IMG/VR virus record: IMGVR_UViG_3300042997_000757
Span: 30,927-94,926 of that record
From: a virus
Lineage: Duplodnaviria > Caudoviricetes
DNA: 64,000 bases
Reading direction: 5' to 3' (one strand)
Shown here one piece after another: positions 56,604 to 64,000 of the stretch. Position numbers and translations under genes: made by a program. Below the pieces are notes generated by a model. It was not told the origin of the DNA. It did not search any database and saw only the letters and a program-made list of their open reading frames with translations. The first letter of the stretch is position 1. Each line of letters starts with the position of its first letter.

Positions 56604-58256
56604 CTATGTATTAATTAGAATGTAAGCAGAGCCACTTGTTGCAGCCGTAGCGCCAGAGACTAGTGCTCCACCGCTTGTATCGTAAGTAATGGTACCAGAT
56701 ACAGAATCTGTGACCACTAAAATTGCCCCACCACCACCGGGACTTCCCGCTGTTCCTGAAGGGGCGGTGCGTGCAGGTGCGCCTTTGCCAAAAGTGGTTC
56801 CATTATTTATTCCTCCAGCACCCCCAGTCCAGTGCCCGTTTGGTTGTGGAGTGCTTGGGTTTGAGTGGTGACCATGGCGAGCCTTATCAAAAGAGCCAGC
56901 CGTATAATGGTGTGGTCCATGAGCGTGTCCTCCAGATATGCGCATTCCATCACCTTGTTCATTGCCGTGGTGCCCGCCCCCCAAGTCATGCCCGTTTGCG
57001 TGGGTATGTGTGTGACCAACAAGGTTTTGAGCAGCATGGATGTGCCCATCATGCCCACCAGCATGCTGATGATAAACTCGTCCTGCAAAATGACCATAAG
57101 TATCAGGATGAGAGTGTTGTGCTGCATGGTTTGTTTTAGCAGCGGTATGGATAACACTAGGCCAGTTATGAATATGTGTTAGCACTCCATGACCATCATT
57201 TGAGTGTGGGTGATGGCGACTTCCAGTGTGGTGGTAATGCCCAGAGTTGTAGGGGTGCCCGGGTGCATTTGTTGCAGGAAAGTGCCCATATTTACCATGC
57301 TGTGCTGGGGTGTGTGCACCGGGTTGGTGTGGGTGTGGGTTGACTATGTGTGCATGAAAATCAGCAAATCGTGCATAACCGTGGTGGTGGCTAGGGATGT
57401 GCGTAGGCGCAACATGGACTGGAGCGACATGATAGGCAAGGTTTGGCGCTGTTGTTCCGTTAGCGCCGGTAGACCCAGCGGTACCAGTGGTTCCTGCTGT
57501 ACCTAAGTTTCCATTATTTCCAGTAGAAATAAACTTGCCACTTCCAACAATTTGTTTTGCGACTACACAAACAACTGCCCCTCCAAACCCCGACGCTCCA
57601 GCGGCACCCGGAACACCATCTACCCATCCAGTAACATTTCCCGGAGAAGCATCTGAACCCCTACCTCCGGGGACACCAGTAGTTGTGGCATATGGGTTTG
57701 CTGCTGAGTTTACCGAACCTATAGAACCATTTGCACCTGATGCACCTGCTTTATTGGGCCATGTATCAGAGTTAGTTAAGGCAGCAATTGTTGCGCCAGC
57801 AGCGCCAGCGGCTCCAGCAGATCCTCCACCAATAACAATCATCCCTGAGGTGTGCATAAACAAACCTTTAGACATTGCATTTATGTCTTTATACAAAAAT
57901 GAAGGAAGAGCAGTTATGGAACTACCGCCCCCTTGCCCACCAGCCCTGTACGTAATAGCGCCAGTTGAATGTCCAGAGATTGTTTTCCCAGAAACACTTG
58001 ATGCAGCAGGACCAACAACTCCTCCAGAAACAGAACCAACACCTATGTAACCATTTAACGTAAGAGTATTTTTAACAAATATTCTAAAACCATTTGTGTT
58101 TAAAACAACTCCTGAGTTAACCGTCAAATTGTTGTAGTACATATCTGAAGTTATTGTTGTGTCTACTGTTACTACTCCCTCACCGTCTACCCCTGTCCCA
58201 TAGATAGCGTCATTGGCAACACGGGCAACACTTGGTTCATATCTAGATATAGCCAT
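56604..58256 (-). CDS. Gly-rich fibre/adhesin-like protein with a 200-aa His-rich insert
   Basis: Scaffold paralogous to 58260..59021; 47 His counted by hand in codons 57431-56832. Confidence 0.8.
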   Translation of the reverse strand: MAISRYEPSVARVANDAIYGTGVDGEGVVTVDTTITSDMYYNNLTVNSGVVLNTNGFRIFVKNTLTLNGYIGVGSVSGGVVGPAASSVSGKTISGHSTGAITYRAGGQGGGSSITALPSFLYKDINAMSKGLFMHTSGMIVIGGGSAGAAGAAGATIAALTNSDTWPNKAGASGANGSIGSVNSAANPYATTTGVPGGRGSDASPGNVTGWVDGVPGAAGASGFGGAVVCVVAKQIVGSGKFISTGNNGNLGTAGTTGTAGSTGANGTTAPNLAYHVAPVHVAPTHIPSHHHGYARFADFHAHIVNPHPHQPGAHTPAQHGKYGHFPATNAPGHPYNSGHYHHTGSRHHPHSNDGHGVLTHIHNWPSVIHTAAKTNHAAQHSHPDTYGHFAGRVYHQHAGGHDGHIHAAQNLVGHTHTHANGHDLGGGHHGNEQGDGMRISGGHAHGPHHYTAGSFDKARHGHHSNPSTPQPNGHWTGGAGGINNGTTFGKGAPARTAPSGTAGSPGGGGAILVVTDSVSGTITYDTSGGALVSGATAATSGSAYILINT

Positions 58257-58259
58257 GTT

Positions 58260-59021
58260 TTACACCTGTTGAATATAAATTGAGGTTCCTGAGTTCTGAC
58301 CAGTTACATCAGTTGAGATAGATGCAGGAAGGGCACTAGCAGATGATACAACTATAATGACACCGCCACCAGCAGGAGCAGTTGCAGGTGCTTTAATATA
58401 ACCAGTACCTGATGATGGTCCAGAAATGTAACGAGCGGAAACGATTACTACTCCTCCGCCTGCTTGACTATCACCACCTGCGCCACCTCGTAGAAACGTA
58501 GGACCACCAGATGCAGTAATTGAATAACCTGTTATTGCTTGTGGACCAACTCTAAAGTAAGCCGTACCACCAAGGGATGCTAACGGAGCAACTGCCGCAA
58601 ACCCAGTAGCAGAACCACCAAGAGAGTGAGAGACCGCAGTACTTGCCGCTCCACCTTGCTTGATTGAGCCATCAGTTGAATAACCAGTGTTGAACCCAAT
58701 AATTGAGTTGTTGTTTAACTTTAATATATTTTTTACAAAAACACGGTAACCGTTGGGCGCAAGACGAACACCAGCGTTGATAGTCAAATCATTAAAATAT
58801 AGGTCTGATGTCATTGAGTAAACACTTGACGACGGTGCCATGCTTAGAACGGTGGTGGTTCCGTCCAGTACGGCATCGCCATCTGCACCTGTTCCGTACA
58901 CCGAGTCAACACTTTCGTTGTAGTAAGCAACCCAGTAGGAGCCATCCCACTGCCAACTCTTAGAGCCGACAGTATAAACCTGATATTGATAAGGAGAAGC
59001 AGGGAATGTAATTGCTGGCAT
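58260..59021 (-). CDS. Gly-rich fibre/adhesin-like protein
   Basis: ITFPASP...W.WDG..W N-terminal module; YGTGADG, NGYRVFVKN, GGGVVIV motifs. Confidence 0.75.
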   Translation of the reverse strand: MPAITFPASPYQYQVYTVGSKSWQWDGSYWVAYYNESVDSVYGTGADGDAVLDGTTTVLSMAPSSSVYSMTSDLYFNDLTINAGVRLAPNGYRVFVKNILKLNNNSIIGFNTGYSTDGSIKQGGAASTAVSHSLGGSATGFAAVAPLASLGGTAYFRVGPQAITGYSITASGGPTFLRGGAGGDSQAGGGVVIVSARYISGPSSGTGYIKAPATAPAGGGVIIVVSSASALPASISTDVTGQNSGTSIYIQQV

Positions 59022-60424
59022 TACTGACTATCCCTGTACCCATAGATGCGAACAATTCCGCCAGTCATGGTTCCGCCAGTTAATGACAAAACAAAACCTG
59101 TGCTAGATAGGTCTGCTGAATCTCTTCCAGAACGCCAACTAACATAAGTATCGGTTGCGCTTTGCGCCATCACTTGAGAATCAGTAGTAAGAAACGGACT
59201 AATCAAGTCAAGTGTTATAGATGTTAAACCTTGCCCTGTCCCTATTGACCAAAGAGTTGTGTTAGAAGCAACCTCTGTTGTTATTGCTGCTGAAGAGTAA
59301 GGAATGTTCATATTGGCTGTTGAATATGTTGAACCTGTGCTGCTACCTAATTGGAGTCGTACTCCGCACAGTGTGCTGCAAGTTGTATTTTGTATAATTA
59401 TTTTATAGTTATCGTACGGCGCACTAAACGCACTTCCAACGGTCACCGACGAAACAGCAGAACCGATAGTTATTACGCCGCCCGACGCTGTGCCACCCGA
59501 TGAACAGGTTGCTGTTGTAATCAACTCCAAACCTGTTGGGTTTTGTGCAGGGCTGTTAGGAACAACCCATGCTGAGCCGTTCCACACAAGCAAACGGTTC
59601 GTATCGGTCTCGTAAGTTGTCTGACCTACCCACGGCGCAGATGGACGAGTAGAAGATGTTGCTTGGTATGGCGACATTGTGCCACCACCAAGTTCAACCC
59701 ATGCTGAGTTGTAGTAGATGTAAGTAGCACCAGTAGTTGTATCAAACCAGAGGTCTCCAGCAGATGGAGAAACTGGGGCAGTTGCAGAACTTGTTAGCGG
59801 AGCGCCTGCACCTGTTGGTCCTGTTGCACCAGTAGGACCAGTGGCACCAGTAGGACCCGTCGGGCCTACGGGTCCCTGTGTTTGTGGTCCAATCTCAATC
59901 CACTGAGAATCGTAGTAAACAAAAGTTTTACCTGTGTCGGATTCAAACCAAATCTGACCAGCAGCAGGAGAACTTGGAGCGGTGTCTGAGATTGTTGCCC
60001 CACCTGCGGCAGAGGCGTTTACCCACGCTGTACCGTTGTATTGCAATACCTGATTGGTGGCAACGCTGGTTATTGTTACGTCTGAAAGATCATCAATAGA
60101 GCCGACAGTAGATGTAGTGCCCGGAACAAACTTGGCTCCGTCAAATTTAAGTACTTGGTTGCTAGTAGCACCAGTTGTGTCTACTTCAATGCCATCAATG
60201 AAGAGAGTAGGTACTTTTAGGGTGTCGTCAGTTCTAAGGACGTTTGCTTCGTCACGGTAGAGGTTTACATCACCAACAGCAGTTCCATCGCCCCATACAA
60301 GGCGACCTCCACCTTGAACTTGAAGTCTTGCATAGGCATCTTGGTCTACGAAAATAGTCAACCCGTCAGAGCCAGCAGATGACAACTGCCTGATTGTAAT
60401 TGGGGTTATAAATTTCTGTGCCAC
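59021..60424 (-). CDS. Tail fibre protein with a collagen-like segment
   Basis: IDDLSDV, APSSP.AGQIWF, (GPT/GAT)n repeats, TSSTRP module. Confidence 0.8.
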   Translation of the reverse strand: MAQKFITPITIRQLSSAGSDGLTIFVDQDAYARLQVQGGGRLVWGDGTAVGDVNLYRDEANVLRTDDTLKVPTLFIDGIEVDTTGATSNQVLKFDGAKFVPGTTSTVGSIDDLSDVTITSVATNQVLQYNGTAWVNASAAGGATISDTAPSSPAAGQIWFESDTGKTFVYYDSQWIEIGPQTQGPVGPTGPTGATGPTGATGPTGAGAPLTSSATAPVSPSAGDLWFDTTTGATYIYYNSAWVELGGGTMSPYQATSSTRPSAPWVGQTTYETDTNRLLVWNGSAWVVPNSPAQNPTGLELITTATCSSGGTASGGVITIGSAVSSVTVGSAFSAPYDNYKIIIQNTTCSTLCGVRLQLGSSTGSTYSTANMNIPYSSAAITTEVASNTTLWSIGTGQGLTSITLDLISPFLTTDSQVMAQSATDTYVSWRSGRDSADLSSTGFVLSLTGGTMTGGIVRIYGYRDSQ

Positions 60425-60472
60425 GACCTCAATCGCTTCCTATGTTGTGACCCCTCAAGGTCTATTTAATTA

Positions 60473-61807
60473 TTAGCCTACTACAACGATTGTGTAATCG
60501 TTAGCGGAAATAGTACCGTAGAGTACTACTGAAAGTGAGTTGCTATTGGAGCGGGTTACGTCACCAATAACGGTTGCACCGGTTGATACTTCGTAAATCT
60601 GTACGTTTACATCAGTAGTATTAAAGTTGTGAGTAACTACGGTAGTAGAAACACCTGTGCTAGAAGCAGCACATCCCTGTTTTGCTGTACGAGCAAGGGA
60701 GGGAATGGATGTAGTACGACCTGTTGCTTCACCTGACGCCGAGGCGAGATTGGTGCGAGCACCTGATTCACTAGATGAACCAGTACCACCGTGCGCTACG
60801 CCAACGTCCGTGGCTTCCCAAGTACCAGCGCCAATGATTCCAAGAGTTGTAATTGTGGACTGACCAGCATATGTAGAGGCAATGTCAATGGCATTTGCAG
60901 AAACCGAGATACGGTCGGTAGTACCAACTGCATTGATTGTTGTTCCTGTTTGTGTAAGACCGTCACCAGCAGTAATTGCGCCAGCACCAGAGAACTGAAC
61001 CCAGTTCATTGCATCGGTGCCTACAGTGATTGGGCCGTTGCTTGATACTACGAAGCCAGAATCAGCGTTTAAAGTACCTTCTTCAACGAATACAAATGTT
61101 CCGCCCGATACCTCACCAGTATCCGCTGTACCGTTTGCGTCAGTTGCACGAACTGCGGCACCTGAAGCCTGAACAACATAGATACCGTTTTCGGATGCAG
61201 TGCTCTGGTTCTTAACAAGAACACGGTTGCCAGTAGCAAGCGTTACGCCGTCAATTCCATCGCCATTTTCAAGGTCGCTAGAAAGGTTGATTGCTCCTGT
61301 TGTTGCGGCACGAACCGATTGTTTAACATCAAGACCTTGACGGGCTGAGTCTACATACCCTTTTGTTGCAATATGCGCAGCCTGTGTCGGGGTAGCAACC
61401 TTGGCATGTCCGCTTCCGTCACGAATTACTAATTTGCTGGCAGTTGCATCAGCAGTTGCATCAGCAAGTTTGGTAAAGTCTGATGCAGTTAAAAGACCAG
61501 CAATTGATGATGTTGCAAGGTTTGGCGTAACCGTTGTTTGACCATTTGACTCGGTAATCGTAAGAGCGGTTGCATATGTTCCGCCGGAAACTACGCCATT
61601 ATCTTCAGCCCCACCAGTTTGGGCAGTTGACGCAAGAAGCGTTCTCCACGCAGTGCCGGACCAAACCTTGATGGTGTCTTCAGCACTGTTATAGATAAGG
61701 CGACCTTCAAAGTTGCCACTTGATGGGTCGGTAGGCAAAACCTCAAATTTGGCGTTAATCAGTTGGTTCTGATTGAGGTCAATGTTAGTTAGAAATTTCT
61801 GAGCCAT
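60473..61807 (-). CDS. Tail fibre/structural protein
   Basis: ATKGYVD, SVRAATT, RVLVKNQ...ENGIY, FV.EGT, V.HGGTG, HN.NT.DV.VQ.Y. Confidence 0.8.
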   Translation of the reverse strand: MAQKFLTNIDLNQNQLINAKFEVLPTDPSSGNFEGRLIYNSAEDTIKVWSGTAWRTLLASTAQTGGAEDNGVVSGGTYATALTITESNGQTTVTPNLATSSIAGLLTASDFTKLADATADATASKLVIRDGSGHAKVATPTQAAHIATKGYVDSARQGLDVKQSVRAATTGAINLSSDLENGDGIDGVTLATGNRVLVKNQSTASENGIYVVQASGAAVRATDANGTADTGEVSGGTFVFVEEGTLNADSGFVVSSNGPITVGTDAMNWVQFSGAGAITAGDGLTQTGTTINAVGTTDRISVSANAIDIASTYAGQSTITTLGIIGAGTWEATDVGVAHGGTGSSSESGARTNLASASGEATGRTTSIPSLARTAKQGCAASSTGVSTTVVTHNFNTTDVNVQIYEVSTGATVIGDVTRSNSNSLSVVLYGTISANDYTIVVVG

Positions 61808-61816
61808 TAAGGTTCC

Positions 61817-62212
61817 TTACGTGAGATAGGCAAATCCGGAGAACGCTGATGTAAAGTTTACTACAACTTGGGTGGTGCTTATGTAGTTAACCTCACCAAA
61901 AACCACCGTTTTAGCGCTGTCTACGATGGTTACTGAAGGGTAGCCCCCTAAGGTATGGTTAATTGTCCATGTTGTTGAAACAGTCCCTTGAGTATGGATA
62001 TGTCGGGTAGCGGCGGGGTAAACAAGGTTTAATACTTGGTTTGGAGCAACGCCAGTAATACTGGCACTTGCGTCAGTTGCAGTTGTAACTGTTCCGATAG
62101 TAAGAACATTTGGGGGACCAGCAACACCGGGGTCACTTACTTCCAGTACATTAACTACTTTTTGTTGAGCGACCGTTACATTTCTGGTCCTTGTAACTTC
62201 TATAGTGTTCAT
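61817..62212 (-). CDS. Structural protein
   Basis: LTIGTVTT, HTQ...STTWTINH.LG.YPSVT. Confidence 0.7.
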   Translation of the reverse strand: MNTIEVTRTRNVTVAQQKVVNVLEVSDPGVAGPPNVLTIGTVTTATDASASITGVAPNQVLNLVYPAATRHIHTQGTVSTTWTINHTLGGYPSVTIVDSAKTVVFGEVNYISTTQVVVNFTSAFSGFAYLT

Positions 62213-62919
62213 ACGGGCGGTGCTGAAACCGCTGCCTCAACTACAAGAGTTCCTGACGATATACAATCCCAATCACCCGCTGAATCTTGAACAAAGAGGT
62301 CAAAGGAGTAAGAACCTGCGGCGACATTGTTTGTGTTAGAAACGTGCAGTTCTAGGGTGGCACCAGTTGCAGGAGCCAAATAACCACGCTTGTTGGCTGG
62401 TGTTAGGGCAATTACAGTGGATTCAGACGGCGTGGCGGAATACCAACGCAAATCTATAACGGTGGTACCAGTGGCTGTTTTAGCCTGCATAAAGGCACTC
62501 TGAACAGAGATAACAACCCCATTTGCGTCTTTCCAAGTGAAGGTACGGCGGTAATCCGTGTATTGTTTAAATCGGATTTCCATAGCCTGTGAGTCCTCCA
62601 ATGGGGTGATATTGTTCAAAGCGGATACAGAAATTGTACCTTGAGCAACTGGTCTCTGAACCCCGTTTATAGTTGCAATAACGTCATAAGCCAAGTCTCC
62701 CAAGGGTAGATCTTGTGTTTCGTCCCCACCGAGGTACAGTTGGATACCGTTCTCAGTGGTGAGTGTGGTGGTAATTTCAGCGACAGTTAACGTGCCCGTA
62801 CGTATGTATGAACGGCAGTCTGTGGGGTACAGAAGTTTGTGGGTACGGTTATCTTTGACAATAAGAAGCCGTTCCCATGGAAGACCCCTGACAAGAGTGT
62901 AATTAACCGTACGAACCAT
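62209..62919 (-). CDS. Structural protein with two similar beta-rich domains
   Basis: LP.G...YDV......QGTI and AG.Y.FDL......SGTL repeated; TAAACT 6 nt upstream of the ATG. Confidence 0.65.
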   Translation of the reverse strand: MVRTVNYTLVRGLPWERLLIVKDNRTHKLLYPTDCRSYIRTGTLTVAEITTTLTTENGIQLYLGGDETQDLPLGDLAYDVIATINGVQRPVAQGTISVSALNNITPLEDSQAMEIRFKQYTDYRRTFTWKDANGVVISVQSAFMQAKTATGTTVIDLRWYSATPSESTVIALTPANKRGYLAPATGATLELHVSNTNNVAAGSYSFDLFVQDSAGDWDCISSGTLVVEAAVSAPPV

Positions 62920-62951
62920 AGTACAAGTTTACTTCAGGAGAAGAGGTGCTG

Positions 62952-63119
62952 TCAGTCGTTTGGTTTAAAAGCGATAACTAATAAGTTAACCACAAGGGCA
63001 ATGACGCTAATAATGATGCCATATCGCTTGGTTTGCCCCGATAGTGTGATCAACACTATGCCGGTACCAGCAAGGGTCCACGCAAGACCCCCAAGTTCAG
63101 ATGCTAATTTTTTAAACAC
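62952..63119 (-). CDS. Small two-TM protein (55 aa)
   Basis: Not in the ORF track; TAGTG coupling; MFKKLASELGGLAWTLAGTGIVLITLSG.T...GIIISVIALVVNLLVIAF. Confidence 0.65.
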   Translation of the reverse strand: MFKKLASELGGLAWTLAGTGIVLITLSGQTKRYGIIISVIALVVNLLVIAFKPND

Positions 63120-64000
63120 TACCTATGTCTCCTTTGACGGCGCTCGGACTTTTTCTCACTGGTAGTGGCTTCTCCGCCCCCGCCCCCTGATGGTGCGCTT
63201 CCTCCTGATGGGGAACCTCCCGATGGGGCAGATGGTGCGACTGAAATAGTTGGTGCTACAAATAATACACCTGTTGCAGCAATGATGACTTTTCTAGTTT
63301 TTACGTTGACGTTTGATCCCACAGGAACGTAGGAACCAAATTTTTCATCAAATACGTTAATTTGTTCTTCAAAAGCATTACGAACTTCTTCAGGGGCAGA
63401 CTGGACTGCGGTGACAAGATTGTCGACTTGTTCTGTGGACAGTTCCCCTGTATCAATGGCATCAAAGATTTCTGCGGCTTCTTCAGAAGAAACAGCCTGC
63501 AACACTTCTGGGCTGGTAGCAAGAGACACAGCCTCTTCGTTGTTTACACCGCCAGAAATAATATCTTCAACGGCAGATTTAATTTCTTCAATACTCTTTT
63601 CATCCAAATTAGTTATTAATTCTGTAACAACAGGATCTATTTGGTCTTCTGTAGGAACAACAGTTGTAGTGGTAGACGCTATAGTGGTAGTAGTTTCAGC
63701 AACAGACGTCGTTGTTTCCACAGTTGTAGAAGGTTCTGGAACTGTCGTTCTTGGGATTGTGCTGGTGGTTGTAGCAACAATCGTCGTGGTTGTTGGGGCA
63801 ATAGACAAAGGAACGTAAGGATTAATCGTAGTTGTAGTCGTAGTCGTAGGAGGCTCTATAAATGCAGTTGTTGTGGTACTTGGTAGTTCCGTTGTTGTTG
63901 TTTGCAACATGGTGGTTGGGACCACGGTAGTAGTCGTTGGTTCCTGAGTAGTTGTTGTAGGTGGCACTGTTGTCGTCGTTGTAGTTGTAGTGGTTGTAGA
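63119..64000 (-). CDS. Partial Thr-rich (mucin-like) protein with an acidic helical domain and a hydrophobic/basic C-terminus
   Basis: Frame is open to position 64000; poly-Thr/Pro tracts; true start lies outside the window. Confidence 0.8.
   Translation of the reverse strand, partial: STTTTTTTTTTVPPTTTTQEPTTTTVVPTTMLQTTTTELPSTTTTAFIEPPTTTTTTTINPYVPLSIAPTTTTIVATTTSTIPRTTVPEPSTTVETTTSVAETTTTIASTTTTVVPTEDQIDPVVTELITNLDEKSIEEIKSAVEDIISGGVNNEEAVSLATSPEVLQAVSSEEAAEIFDAIDTGELSTEQVDNLVTAVQSAPEEVRNAFEEQINVFDEKFGSYVPVGSNVNVKTRKVIIAATGVLFVAPTISVAPSAPSGGSPSGGSAPSGGGGGEATTSEKKSERRQRRHR

Noticed and set aside
129-63886. Most plus-strand and nested ORFs in the track (e.g. 57487..58050, 46015..46452, 17898..18344, 43145..43606)
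   Set aside because: Antisense or alternate-frame shadows of well-supported minus-strand genes, without motifs or SD; only 18687-19578 is accepted on the plus strand.
1-64000. tRNA/ncRNA genes, introns, inteins, integrase, alternative genetic code
   Set aside because: Intergenic gaps are short with no cloverleaf recognised by eye; core genes have ordinary lengths and tile cleanly under the standard code. A tRNAscan-SE/Infernal run would be needed to exclude RNAs formally.

Overview
The window is a gene-dense ~64 kb segment of a tailed dsDNA phage with a contractile (myovirus-type) tail, almost entirely encoded on the minus strand; both terminal genes are cut by the window edges. Reading against the coordinates: tail-fibre/adhesin genes and a fibre-associated enzyme cassette with a flavin-dependent halogenase and a 2OG-Fe(II) oxygenase (64-51 kb); endolysin, KTSC protein, TerL, a glycosylase-like protein, metallophosphoesterase, HslV/proteasome-beta-like peptidase, portal, scaffold and major capsid (51-39.5 kb); neck, sheath, tube, chaperones, tape measure and baseplate (39-20.6 kb); a three-gene plus-strand island with Dps (18.7-19.6 kb); a replication/recombination operon with an iteron-containing initiator, DnaC-like loader, DnaB, primase, SNF2, SSB, PolA, RecA, Cas4-like nuclease, resolvases and SpoVS (18.5-4.3 kb); and a cluster of small hydrophilic proteins, three with the same N-terminal tag (4.3-0.7 kb). 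Leaderless-type promoters and Thr-rich proteins suggest an actinobacterial host (inference). The most striking items are a Gly-rich adhesin carrying a 200-residue, 47-histidine insert directly upstream of the halogenase/oxygenase cassette, and the shared M[AP]RGE[ND]T.HHPNR N-terminal tag. All product calls come from motif recognition by eye; no database searches were run. No tRNA, rRNA, CRISPR array, integrase or reverse transcriptase was recognised.
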